A stretch of 64,000 nucleotides of DNA from the NCBI GenBank assembly GCA_029556545.1, contig JAKQEQ010000037.1:10315-74314 (forward strand). Reading direction: 5' to 3'. The notes beneath the pieces are model-generated. The model was given only the letters and a program-made list of their open reading frames with translations. It did not search any database and was not told the DNA's origin. Each line of letters opens with the position of its first letter. The first letter of the stretch is position 1. Position numbers and translations under genes: made by a program. Origin of the DNA: Candidatus Hydrogenedentota bacterium (lineage in GTDB: Bacteria; Hydrogenedentota; Hydrogenedentia; Hydrogenedentales; JAGMZX01). Below, piece after piece: positions 8,427 to 18,274 of the stretch.

Positions 8427-10442
8427 ATGCTAACCAACGTCAAAGGCAAGGTGCAAAATACGGACGTGCCCGTGTCCAAGCCATTACTGCCTCTTTTCGA
8501 GGCCATCACGAATTCACTCCAGTCCATCGAAGACGCGGGACGGAGCCCAGGGCGAATCGACGTTACAATCCTCCGGGAACGCCAGAAACAACTTTCGGAC
8601 GATGATCGCGCCTTTGCCGAAATAGTTGGTTTCCGCGTCACGGACGACGGAATCGGATTCACAGATACGAATTACCAAGCATTCAACGAATCAGAGACAA
8701 CCTTCAAGGCAGACAGGGGTGGGAAGGGAATTGGGCGTTTCACCTGGCTTGTAGCCTTCAGTGATGTCAGCATTTCTAGCGCTTACAACGAGAGTGGGAA
8801 GAACCTGCTCCGCGTCTTTCGATTCGTACCTGTTAACGATGGAATTGCCGATGCGTCTGTCGTGCCGACAACCAATGGCCACGTTGCCACGACTATTGAG
8901 CTTCGCGGGTTCAGGGCGGCATATCAGAAACAATGTCCCAAGAAGCCGGAGACCATTGCCTCATACATTATCGAGCATTTTCTTGAGTTCTTCATTGGCC
9001 CGCGTTGTCCCGACATCTTTCTTCACGATGAAGCAGGAGGCGACCCCCTGGATCTGCGTCAAGTATTTGAGCACGAGATGGTGTCGAAATCACAGCCCGA
9101 GGGTATTCTCGTGGGTGAGACAGAGTTCACTATTCTTCACGTGCGACTCAACTCGACACATATCAAAGACCATGCCCTGCACTTCTGCGCAAATCACCGC
9201 GTGGTGTACTCCGAGAAGCTCGGGCGACAGATTCCCAATCTGACAGCGCGCCTTAGAGATGATAAGGAGCAGGAGTTTGTCTATGCAGGATATGTGGAAT
9301 CTGACTATCTGGATACACATGCAAGTTCTGACCGAACGGCATTCAGCATAACTGAAGATGATTCAGAACTTCTTTCGAGCGAGATCACCTGGACTGCAAT
9401 ACGCAAAGGTGTTCACGAAGCGTGCAGGGTCTTCCTAACTCCCTTTACAGAACCCGTCCGTATCCGCAAAGCCGAACGCATACAGGAGTTTGTGCGCAAT
9501 CAAGCGCCAATGTACCGACCTATTTTGGACCTGATTCCCGATGAAGTCAATTCAATCAGTCCGGATGCCTCGGATGGTGAAATGGACCTCCACTTGTATC
9601 GTGGTCTTCAGCGAATTGAACTCTCTCTGAAAGAGGAAGGGCAGAAATTGCTGAATACCACCAGTGGTGAGGAAGAGAACGTTGACGAGTATCGGGACAA
9701 AATGAAGGAATACTTCGAGAAGGTCACAAAAATAAAGGCGGCGGACCTCGCGCGCTACGTATGCCAACGCAAAGCCATTCTTGAATTCCTCAAGAAACAA
9801 CTGAGCATCGCAGATGACGGCAAGTACCCAAAGGAAGACAGGGTACACAATATCATCTTCCCAATGGGCAAAACCTCCGATGAGGTGCGCCTTGACGAAC
9901 ACAATCTATGGCTGCTTGACGAAAGGCTCGTATATCATTTCTTCCTTGCGTCTGACAAGCAGCTTCGAGTTTTGGTTCCCCTCACGAATTCCGATCACAG
10001 CGAACCAGATATCATCGTGTTCGATAAGGCGTGCGCGTTTGTTGGCTCTGAGGAACATCCGTTTTCGAGCATTACCATTATTGAGTTCAAGCGCCCAATG
10101 CGGAAGGGTTACACAGAGAACACGAATCCCTTTGTCCAAGTTCGTGAGTACATTGATGAGATTCGAGCGGGAAAAGCGCGAACCCCCGATGGGCGCGACA
10201 TCCCGATTCTAGCTGGGATGCCCTTCTACTGTTTCATTGTCTGCGATATCGACAGCACCATCGAAAAGCAGGCCTACGATTTTGAATTAACCAAGACACC
10301 AGATGGTCAGGGTTTCTTTGGGTTCAAGCGACAGTACGATGCCTATTTCGAGGTCATTTCCTATAGCAAAATGGCTATGGACGCCCAGAAGCGAAATGCT
10401 GTGTTCTTTGACAAACTAGGCCTACCCTCACGGGTGGGATGA
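8427..10442 (+). CDS. GHKL (HATPase_c) ATPase fused to a putative PD-(D/E)xK nuclease
   Basis: FEAITNS, DDGIGF, GGKGIGRF GHKL motifs; C-terminal EPDIIVF...IIEFKRP; lower GC than neighbours. Confidence 0.8.
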   Translation: MLTNVKGKVQNTDVPVSKPLLPLFEAITNSLQSIEDAGRSPGRIDVTILRERQKQLSDDDRAFAEIVGFRVTDDGIGFTDTNYQAFNESETTFKADRGGKGIGRFTWLVAFSDVSISSAYNESGKNLLRVFRFVPVNDGIADASVVPTTNGHVATTIELRGFRAAYQKQCPKKPETIASYIIEHFLEFFIGPRCPDIFLHDEAGGDPLDLRQVFEHEMVSKSQPEGILVGETEFTILHVRLNSTHIKDHALHFCANHRVVYSEKLGRQIPNLTARLRDDKEQEFVYAGYVESDYLDTHASSDRTAFSITEDDSELLSSEITWTAIRKGVHEACRVFLTPFTEPVRIRKAERIQEFVRNQAPMYRPILDLIPDEVNSISPDASDGEMDLHLYRGLQRIELSLKEEGQKLLNTTSGEEENVDEYRDKMKEYFEKVTKIKAADLARYVCQRKAILEFLKKQLSIADDGKYPKEDRVHNIIFPMGKTSDEVRLDEHNLWLLDERLVYHFFLASDKQLRVLVPLTNSDHSEPDIIVFDKACAFVGSEEHPFSSITIIEFKRPMRKGYTENTNPFVQVREYIDEIRAGKARTPDGRDIPILAGMPFYCFIVCDIDSTIEKQAYDFELTKTPDGQGFFGFKRQYDAYFEVISYSKMAMDAQKRNAVFFDKLGLPSRVG

Positions 10443-10448
10443 GGAACT

Positions 10449-12122
10449 ATGAGTAATCGAGCGAAACTAGAGTTGACCTGGATTGGCAAGGAGAACCGGC
10501 CCAAGTTGGAGCCACGCATTCTCTTGGAGGATCCGGAGAAGTCGTATCACGCCAAGAGCCGGGTGTCGGAGAGCGATATCTTCGACAATATGCTGATCTT
10601 CGGGGACAATCTGCTGGCGTTGAAGGCGTTGGAGCAGGAGTTCACAGGGAAGGTCAAGTGTATCTATATTGATCCGCCTTACAACACGGGCTCCGCTTTC
10701 ACCCACTATGATGACGGCGTTGAGCACTCACTGTGGTTATCTTTGATGAGGGACAGACTTGAGCTCTTGCGGGTTCTCCTGTCCGAAAACGGAACGATCT
10801 GGATTTCCATCGACGACAATGAGTGTCACTATCTCAAAGTGTTGTTGGATGAGATCTTCGGCAGACCGAATTTCGTCGCAACGGTGATTTGGCAAAAGAT
10901 GTTCTCGCCCAAAAGTACCGCACGCCACCTGTCAGACATGCACGATCACGTCTTGCTCTACGCGAAGAATAAGGATAAGTTTGAGCGCAATCTGCTTCCG
11001 AGGAGCGCAGAGCACAACAAGATGTACAAGAATCCAGATGATGATCCAAGGGGGCCATGGACTTCTGGCGACCTTTCTGCGCGCAATCCTTACAGCGCAG
11101 GCATTTATCCCATTACGGCCCCATCGGGAAGGATAATCTCTGGTCCACCCAAAGGGATGTACTGGCGTGTTTCAAAGGAGAAGTTCCGGGAGATGGATCG
11201 GGACAACCGGATTTGGTGGGGGGCGAAAGGGGACAATCAGCCACGAATCAAGAGGTTCCTATCCGAAGTGATGGAAGGCATTGTTCCGCAAACGATCTGG
11301 TTCCATGAAGAGGTGGGAAACACTCAGGAAGCAAAGAAAGAGGTAATGGCCGCTGTGCCATCTGAGGCGGAGGTGTTTCAGACGCCAAAACCGGAAAGGC
11401 TAATAAAACGCGTTCTTGACATCAGCACAAAACCAGGGGATCTTGTGCTTGATTCCTTTGCCGGGACTGGCACTTTGGGCGCGGTGGCGCACAAGATGGG
11501 CCGCCGCTGGATTATGGTGGAGTTGGGCGAGCATTGCCACACGCACATCATCCCGCGGTTGAAGAAGGTTATCGACGGCGAAGATCCTGGCGGCATTACG
11601 AAGGCGGTGAGTTGGGGTGGTGGGGGTGGGTTCCGCTACTACCGGCTCGCGCCGTCGCTCCTGGAGCGGGACAAGTTCGGGAACTGGGTGATCAGCAAGA
11701 AATTCAACGCGGCGATGCTGGCGGAAGCGGTGTGCAAACTCGAAGGGTTCACCTATGCGCCAAGCGATGCGGTGTATTGGCAGCAGGGACACTCAACCGA
11801 GACGGATTTCATCTACGTGACAACGCAAACGCTGACGCGGGATATGATGCAGCAATTGAGCGACGAGGTCGGCGAGAAGCGGTCGTTGCTGGTGTATTGT
11901 GGCGCGTTCCGGGGAAAGGGCGACGCATTCCCGAATCTGACGGTCAAGAAGATACCCAAGGCCGTGCTCAGGAAATGCGAATGGGGCCGCGACGACTACA
12001 GCCTCGAAATCCGCGATCTGCCCCCACCCACCCCACCACCCCAACCCGAAGGCACACCTCCTGTTTTGAGAGGCAAGGAGCGCCGTAAGAAAGAACAAGA
12101 AGGCCAGGGAGAGTTGTTTTGA
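10449..12122 (+). CDS. mod: Type III R-M adenine DNA methyltransferase (Mod)
   Basis: IYIDPPYNTG (motif IV) before DSFAGTGT (motif I), i.e. beta-class order; adjacent to Res. Confidence 0.92.
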   Translation: MSNRAKLELTWIGKENRPKLEPRILLEDPEKSYHAKSRVSESDIFDNMLIFGDNLLALKALEQEFTGKVKCIYIDPPYNTGSAFTHYDDGVEHSLWLSLMRDRLELLRVLLSENGTIWISIDDNECHYLKVLLDEIFGRPNFVATVIWQKMFSPKSTARHLSDMHDHVLLYAKNKDKFERNLLPRSAEHNKMYKNPDDDPRGPWTSGDLSARNPYSAGIYPITAPSGRIISGPPKGMYWRVSKEKFREMDRDNRIWWGAKGDNQPRIKRFLSEVMEGIVPQTIWFHEEVGNTQEAKKEVMAAVPSEAEVFQTPKPERLIKRVLDISTKPGDLVLDSFAGTGTLGAVAHKMGRRWIMVELGEHCHTHIIPRLKKVIDGEDPGGITKAVSWGGGGGFRYYRLAPSLLERDKFGNWVISKKFNAAMLAEAVCKLEGFTYAPSDAVYWQQGHSTETDFIYVTTQTLTRDMMQQLSDEVGEKRSLLVYCGAFRGKGDAFPNLTVKKIPKAVLRKCEWGRDDYSLEIRDLPPPTPPPQPEGTPPVLRGKERRKKEQEGQGELF

Positions 12123-12128
12123 TGGATG

Positions 12129-12573
12129 CACCACGAAGCCGCGAAGGACACGAAGGGAGGCGATGAATGGAGTTCGATTCGTTGTCCAACCGCGTGATCG
12201 GGTGCGCCTTGGAGGTGCATCGCCACTTGGGGCCTGGACTTTTGGAGTCCGCCTATGAGGAATGCCTTGCCTATGAGTTGCAGGTGGCGGGGCTGGCATT
12301 TTCGCGCCAGGTGGATTTGCCGGTGACCTATAAGGGTTTGCGCCTGGATTGCTGTTATCGAATGGATGTGGTTGTCGAGAATACGCTGCTGCTGGAACTC
12401 AAGAGCGTGGAGGCGTTGTTGCCGATCCACGAGGCGCAATTGTTGACCTATATGAAACTGTCCGGGCTGAAAACCGGCCTGCTCATGAACTTCAACGAAC
12501 GCTATCTGAAAGATGGACTGAAAAGGATGGTGTTATGAATTTCCTTCTTCGTGCCCTTCGCGGCTTCGTGGTG
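12129..12573. mobile_element. GxxExxY gene cassette bounded by 27-bp inverted repeats
   Basis: CACCACGAAGCCGCGAAGGACACGAAG (12129-12155) matches the reverse complement of 12547-12573 at 26/27 positions. Confidence 0.7.
12167..12538 (+). CDS. GxxExxY protein (PD-(D/E)xK nuclease superfamily)
   Basis: HRHLGPGLLESAYEECL, RMDVVVE...LLELKS, HEAQLLTYMK. Confidence 0.93.
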   Translation: MEFDSLSNRVIGCALEVHRHLGPGLLESAYEECLAYELQVAGLAFSRQVDLPVTYKGLRLDCCYRMDVVVENTLLLELKSVEALLPIHEAQLLTYMKLSGLKTGLLMNFNERYLKDGLKRMVL

Positions 12574-12590
12574 AACCAAAGGAGTGGCAT

Positions 12591-15257
12591 GTGAACCCCC
12601 AAGTAAACGCCATCAGCAACCGCCTGAGCCTGCGTCCGCCGCAGCGCGAGGCGCTGGAGATTTTGGACCGCGTGTGCGAGATCATCTCGCTGGAGAAGGG
12701 GGCGGACCTTGATCAGGCGCTGAGCGTCATCCGGTCCGAATTCCCTACGGTCGCCGATTTCGAGCGGGAGTTTCCCTCGCTGTGCTTCGCACTGGCGACG
12801 GGCGTGGGCAAGACGCGGCTCATGGGGGCCTTCATCAGCTACCTGTTCCGCGTCGAAAACATCCGGCATTTCTTCGTGCTGGCCCCTAACCTGACCATCT
12901 ACAGCAAGCTGATCGCGGACTTCACGCCGAACACGCCAAAGTACGTACTCCAAGGCATCTCGGAATTCGCCACCACCCCGCCCGTGATTATCACGGGCGA
13001 CACCTACGAGCAAGGCATCGGCGTGCGCGAGGGCTACCTGTTCGAGGCGGGCGAGGTGCACATCAACATCTTCAACATCTCGAAGATCAACTCCGAGGTG
13101 CGCGGCGGCAGCGCCCCGCGCATCAAGCGCCTGAGCGAGTACATCGGCGAGAGCTATTTCGAGTACCTGTCCAAGCTGGATGACCTGGTGCTGATCATGG
13201 ACGAGTCGCATCGGTATCGCGCGACCGCCGGGGTGCGCGCCATCAACGAACTTCGACCTATTATCGGCCTGGAACTGACGGCCACGCCCCAGATCGAACG
13301 CGGCGGCGGGGCGGACCCGTTCAAGAACGTCATCTACAGCTATCCGCTGTCGTGCGCCCTGGACGACGGCTTCGTCAAGGAGCCCGCCGTGGCCACGCGC
13401 GAGAATTTCATCGCGGACAATTACGACCGCGACGGCCTGGAGCGGCTGAAACTCGAAGACGGCGTCCGGTTCCACGAGAACACCAAGGTCGAGTTGGAGG
13501 TGTTCGCCCGCGAAAACAGCCGCCCCATCGTAAAACCGTTCATGCTGGTGGTGGCGCAGGACACGGAGCACGCCGACGCACTGGTCAAGGTCATCGAGGA
13601 TGACGCCTTCTTCGAGGGGCGGTACAGGGGGAAGGTGATCACGGTGCACTCGAACCTGCGCGGCGAGGAGAAAGACGATACCGTGCAGCAGTTGCTCTCC
13701 GTGGAGGATCCGGCCAATCCCATCGAGATCGTGGTGCACGTCAACATGCTCAAAGAGGGCTGGGACGTGACCAACCTGTACACCATCGTGCCGTTGCGCA
13801 CCGCGAACTCCCGGACGCTGGTCGAGCAGTCCATCGGGCGCGGCCTCCGCCTGCCCTACGGCAAGCGGACGGGCAATCCCGCCGTGGACCGGCTGACCAT
13901 CGTGTCGCACGACCGGTTCCAGGAAATCATCGACCACGCCAACGACCCCAACTCCATCATCCGCACGGGCATCATCATCGGGCGCGATGTCTCGGACGAA
14001 CGGACGAAGGTGGTGGTGGTGCCGCCGACCATCGAGGCGCGGATAACGGGCGATGACGCCCAGGCGGCGGGCCAGCAGGGCCTGCTGTTCGACCGGCCCG
14101 AAGAGCGCCAAATCGCCCGCACCGTGCTCAACATCATCCGCGACTACGAGCGGCTGCCGCGCTCGGGCGATCTGTTGTCGCCCGAAGTGCAGAAGGAGTT
14201 GGTGGAGAAGACGGCGGCGGTGGTGACGCCGAAGCAGTACGAGATCGAGGGCACGTCCGAAAGGGTGGACCTGGTCAGGGTCGTTCGCGAGACGGCGGCG
14301 CAGTACGTGGCGATGTCGATCGACATCCCGCGGATCGTGGTGGTGCCGACCGGCGAGGTGACCGGCGGTTTCCAGGACTTCGATTTGGACACCTCCAACG
14401 TGCATCTCCAGCCGGTGGCCAACGACCTCATTTCGCAGGGGTTGCATAAAGGCCAGCGCTACCACCTGATCAGCGGCGACGGCATCGTGCCGGAGGAGCG
14501 GCTGGAAGACTACCTTGTTCGCGGCCTGATCGACTTTGACGACATCAACTATGACGATAACGCGGACCTCTTGTACAAGTTGGCCGGACAGATGGTCCGG
14601 CACCTGCAATCGTATCTGAAAAGCGAAGACGACGTGCTGAACGTGCTGCAGTATCACCAGCAGACGCTGGTTAACCTTATCCATGCGCAGATGCTCGCTT
14701 ATTATAAGGAAGAGGCCACCGAGTACACGGCGCAGGTGACCAGGGGGTTCACCACCATCCGCGCGAACGCCTACAACGCGCCCGCCGATGAGCCCGTCCG
14801 TGACGTGCGCACGCCTGTGCCGGACTTGCAGAACATCCGTCGGATGCTGTTCGGCGGGTTCCGCAGGTGCCTGTATGGCGTGCAGAAATTCGATGCGGAT
14901 TCGGAGCGTCGCTTCGCCGTGATCCTGGATACCGACCGCGACGTGCAGAAGTGGTTCAAGCCGGTGCGCGGCGACTTTCAGATCCATTACGGCCATGACG
15001 ACGCGGCGTACAACCCCGACTTCGTGGTGGAGACGGATAAGGCCAAGTACATTTGCGAACCCAAGGCCGCCAACGAGATGACCGATGAGACGGTGCTGGC
15101 TAAGGCGCGGGCCGCCGCCGTGTGGTGCGAGCATGCTTCCAAGCATGCCCGCGACCATGACGGGAAGCCCTGGTCCTACCTCCTCATCCCCGACGACCAA
15201 ATCCGCGAAAACATGACGCTGCAAGGACTTGCAGCGGCGCACACCTTCCGGGCATGA
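12591..15257 (+). CDS. res: Type III restriction enzyme Res subunit (helicase + nuclease)
   Basis: ALATGVGKT, DESH, LTATP, LKEGWDV, QSIGRGLR; C-terminal YNPDFVVE...ICEPK. Confidence 0.9.
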   Translation: MNPQVNAISNRLSLRPPQREALEILDRVCEIISLEKGADLDQALSVIRSEFPTVADFEREFPSLCFALATGVGKTRLMGAFISYLFRVENIRHFFVLAPNLTIYSKLIADFTPNTPKYVLQGISEFATTPPVIITGDTYEQGIGVREGYLFEAGEVHINIFNISKINSEVRGGSAPRIKRLSEYIGESYFEYLSKLDDLVLIMDESHRYRATAGVRAINELRPIIGLELTATPQIERGGGADPFKNVIYSYPLSCALDDGFVKEPAVATRENFIADNYDRDGLERLKLEDGVRFHENTKVELEVFARENSRPIVKPFMLVVAQDTEHADALVKVIEDDAFFEGRYRGKVITVHSNLRGEEKDDTVQQLLSVEDPANPIEIVVHVNMLKEGWDVTNLYTIVPLRTANSRTLVEQSIGRGLRLPYGKRTGNPAVDRLTIVSHDRFQEIIDHANDPNSIIRTGIIIGRDVSDERTKVVVVPPTIEARITGDDAQAAGQQGLLFDRPEERQIARTVLNIIRDYERLPRSGDLLSPEVQKELVEKTAAVVTPKQYEIEGTSERVDLVRVVRETAAQYVAMSIDIPRIVVVPTGEVTGGFQDFDLDTSNVHLQPVANDLISQGLHKGQRYHLISGDGIVPEERLEDYLVRGLIDFDDINYDDNADLLYKLAGQMVRHLQSYLKSEDDVLNVLQYHQQTLVNLIHAQMLAYYKEEATEYTAQVTRGFTTIRANAYNAPADEPVRDVRTPVPDLQNIRRMLFGGFRRCLYGVQKFDADSERRFAVILDTDRDVQKWFKPVRGDFQIHYGHDDAAYNPDFVVETDKAKYICEPKAANEMTDETVLAKARAAAVWCEHASKHARDHDGKPWSYLLIPDDQIRENMTLQGLAAAHTFRA

Positions 15258-15284
15258 GGGTGGGGTGGGTGGGGTGGGTGGGGT
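15258..15284 (+). repeat. (GGGTGGGGT)x3 G-tract repeat, G-quadruplex-compatible
   Basis: Six G3/G4 runs separated by single T, immediately after the res stop codon. Confidence 0.85.
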
Positions 15285-15331
15285 ATTCCCCAATCCGGTT
15301 GCGCAGACGCGCCAGACCATAGGTTTAGGTA

Positions 15332-16186
15332 ATGATGAATAAAGTTGATTGGGAGAGCCTTGAGCGCCTCCAGAATAGAATCGAGAAGCGCATTCACAAG
15401 CGCCTTACACGGGAGAACCGTCCCGGACTTCAGGCATGGCTCTTGGACGAGTTTCGTCTTCGGGCTGAGGCAGAAACGGAACTCGATATCACGCTTGGCA
15501 AGGACGGATGGACGGAGCTTGAGGTTTTGAAGCTCTACCTTGACGAGCTTTCAACCGGGGAACGTGGTCTGCATGGCCGTCTCTTGCCCGATTTGATTAT
15601 GGCTCTTTTTGCCGAGTTGAGACTATTTGAGGCGGCCAAGGCGTTCGAAGACGGCAACAAACGCGCTGGAAGTGTTGCGATGTGCGACGCAGAGGCCGCG
15701 ATTGCGTTCGCGGAGAATCGTGCCAAAGAAAAGAAGAAAGGCCGACGCGCAAAGTATTTCCCCGGTCCCAAAGGCGTCCGCCTAGTGATTCCGACTGAGC
15801 CGGAGCGACGAGACAAATCGGTGCGGCGTGATTCGGTCAAGTGGGCAGCCCTTTATCATCTAATGACAAAAGCGTGGAATTCCGGTGGGTGCGAACTTCG
15901 GGGTCTGCGCAAACACCCGAGGGAACGGCTGAGCAAGGTCACTTCTCTTTGGGATTCGGTGCATCGCGAAATGGAGCAAACAGGAACTGATGTTCAAGAG
16001 TCTGTAGGCGATGAATTGCAGACCGTGCTGAACCGCTGGATGCGTAGCTTCGCCTGCCCGTCGCGTCTTTCTCCTTCGTATAGACTCTGGGCTTACGAAC
16101 ACCGAGACGCACTTCGAGACACATTCACGAATGAGTCCGATACAGGATTCGCCAAAGGTTCAAAGCAAGACCGTATGCGTTTCTAA
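15332..16186 (+). CDS. Hypothetical protein (284 aa)
   Basis: Long ORF with helical composition; no motif recognised. Confidence 0.65.
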   Translation: MMNKVDWESLERLQNRIEKRIHKRLTRENRPGLQAWLLDEFRLRAEAETELDITLGKDGWTELEVLKLYLDELSTGERGLHGRLLPDLIMALFAELRLFEAAKAFEDGNKRAGSVAMCDAEAAIAFAENRAKEKKKGRRAKYFPGPKGVRLVIPTEPERRDKSVRRDSVKWAALYHLMTKAWNSGGCELRGLRKHPRERLSKVTSLWDSVHREMEQTGTDVQESVGDELQTVLNRWMRSFACPSRLSPSYRLWAYEHRDALRDTFTNESDTGFAKGSKQDRMRF

Positions 16187-16478
16187 GCTTCTGGTTGGTG
16201 TGAGGGTACGTCACCTCTCTTGAACCGGCGCATCCTTTTCGCTGAAGTCCATTTCCCTGCGCGTTAATGAACGCTATCACACCGACACTCGATTTCTCTA
16301 CACCCCCCGATTTTGACAATCTCGCACGTGAGGGGCGGTTTTGCGCCGTCGCGCCGAACGGTAAGACCCCTCCCCTACCTCGTCTTGCTATCCACATCAC
16401 AAGGCTGCGCATCAGCAATAATTACATGGCGTAAGAACCACTTTATGCAGCAGTCAAACTACTGGAGGTTGAAGTTAC

Positions 16479-18266
16479 ATGATGAAAGACAAGTCGAAGT
16501 TAGATGTGCCGGATGAGGCCCTCATCGCTGAAATGCAGGTTGAGGTTAACGCGGAGCGTGCGGAACTGGCCAAGGGCACGGTTGAGCAAAAGTGTGATGT
16601 TACTTACGAAAGCACACCTGACGGTGTGGTCACTACTGTCTCAGACGACGTTCTCTTTGCCGATGGCCTTCCGGTGATAGAGATGGTCGACCGTGCGCGG
16701 TACGAAGTTTCTGATGATGCCCTTCGCGCGTTGGTGTTGCGGAACACGCCGCCGTGGGTGTTCACCATGCGCCGAGAACTTGTTCGCGTCGTGCAGGATG
16801 AGAATGGCGCATTCCTGGACCCATACAATATTGACAGCCTTCGAGGTGATCTTGACAGGAGCGCTCATTATACCAGGACCGCCCGCTCGCATATCGCTGT
16901 TTCCACTATCACCGAAGCTTACGTCCGCGACATCTTAGCGCGGCGGAGATTCCCTGGGTTCCCTTCGTTGCGCGGTGTCATCACCGCACCTTGCATCAGC
17001 CCTGACGGATCCCTGATTGACACGCCGGGGTATCACGAAGAGTCTGGGCTGTACTATGCGCCCGGCTCCGGACTCGAAAGCATTCGTGTCTCTGACCGTC
17101 CGACGAAAGAGGAAGTGAAGATGTCCATCGCTCTTATCAGCGAGGTCATTGTAGATTTCTGCTTTCTGGATGAAGCCAGCCGCGCAAATGCGTTTGCCCT
17201 TATCATTACACCTTTCGTACGCCCGAACATTGAAGGTCCGGTGCCGTTAGCAATCGTCTCAAGCCCGGCGCAAGGAACGGGAAAATCACTTCTAGCAGAC
17301 GTGACATCTATCCTCTATACCGGCACGCACTACAAAGGCTTGATGCTCGAATCAGAGGCCGAAACCCAGAAGCGTTTGACGACAGCGCTGATGAAAGGCC
17401 GCCCGATTATTGTCCTTGACAACCTCGTTGGCCGTGTGTCGAGCCCGAGTGTCGCGAGGGCCGTCAGCGAATCCATTTGGAGCTCTCGTCTGTTGGGGCA
17501 AAACAGGGAGGTTGAAATCCCCGTCTGGGTTACGTGGATTGGTAACGGCAACAATGTCGGCCTGAGTTCCGAGATCGTGCGCCGTTCATATCCCATTCGT
17601 CTTGATGCCAAGATGCGGCGGCCTCACACGCGCAAGGGCTTTCGTCATCCCAAACTGCTTGCTTGGGTAAAGAAGGAACGGACCAAGATCGTGTCTGCAA
17701 TTCTGACGCTGCTCAAAGCGTACTCCGTGTCTTTGGATCGGCCTCCCGTGGACGTTCCAGTCATGGGTCTGTTCGGGGAATGGGCGGAGCTTCTTGGCGG
17801 AATACTGGCCTTTGCCGAAATACCTTCGTTCTTAGGCAACCTTCAGGAATTCTGGTCGGAAGATGACGACGAAGCCCAGCAATGGGAGATTCTCTTGCTC
17901 GAAGTGTACCGAAAGTATGGTGGAAAACCGATGGAAGCGAACAAGATCGCCGCCCTGCCTGTGGAATTCTTCCCAGAGTTCCTCGCGGATTATTACGAGC
18001 GACCGTCATTTCCGGTTAGGCTCGGCAAGGCGCTGGCCAACATTAGGGACCGCGTGTTCAACGACGATGGCCTTCGTGTCGAGAAGGTGAAGTCTGTGCA
18101 TGGCAAGAGTCTGTGGCGCGTGGTTACCCCGACGGCGCATTCGGATGGGCCGAATATCGTACCGCTGCCCACCGTAGCGGCATCGCCTGCACCTCTCCCG
18201 AAAAGGTCTCAGACCAGTCAAGACGACGGAAGCCAGGTCGCCCCGAACTTGCAAGCCGGTCAATAG
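16479..18266 (+). CDS. P-loop ATPase, putative SF3-like replicative helicase of mobile elements
   Basis: Walker A SPAQGTGKS, Walker B IIVLDN, motif C-like IGNGNN, Arg-finger-like IVRRSYPIRL. Confidence 0.8.
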   Translation: MMKDKSKLDVPDEALIAEMQVEVNAERAELAKGTVEQKCDVTYESTPDGVVTTVSDDVLFADGLPVIEMVDRARYEVSDDALRALVLRNTPPWVFTMRRELVRVVQDENGAFLDPYNIDSLRGDLDRSAHYTRTARSHIAVSTITEAYVRDILARRRFPGFPSLRGVITAPCISPDGSLIDTPGYHEESGLYYAPGSGLESIRVSDRPTKEEVKMSIALISEVIVDFCFLDEASRANAFALIITPFVRPNIEGPVPLAIVSSPAQGTGKSLLADVTSILYTGTHYKGLMLESEAETQKRLTTALMKGRPIIVLDNLVGRVSSPSVARAVSESIWSSRLLGQNREVEIPVWVTWIGNGNNVGLSSEIVRRSYPIRLDAKMRRPHTRKGFRHPKLLAWVKKERTKIVSAILTLLKAYSVSLDRPPVDVPVMGLFGEWAELLGGILAFAEIPSFLGNLQEFWSEDDDEAQQWEILLLEVYRKYGGKPMEANKIAALPVEFFPEFLADYYERPSFPVRLGKALANIRDRVFNDDGLRVEKVKSVHGKSLWRVVTPTAHSDGPNIVPLPTVAASPAPLPKRSQTSQDDGSQVAPNLQAGQ

Positions 18267-18274
18267 GTGCCCCA

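Noticed and set aside
11612-11631. Phase-variable tract in mod
   Set aside because: Interrupted G runs of at most 5 encoding a Gly-rich motif; the ORF is intact.
5471-15257. Assignment as DISARM or BREX
   Set aside because: No DrmA/DrmB/PLD or PglZ/BrxC genes; Mod and Res motifs indicate type III R-M.
12492-15320. 942-aa minus-strand ORF and similar long antisense ORFs (6020-7684, 35372-36916, 41633-43384, 48102-49718, 52651-54186, 60366-61880)
   Set aside because: Stop-poor shadows of high-GC3 genes on the opposite strand; no motifs.
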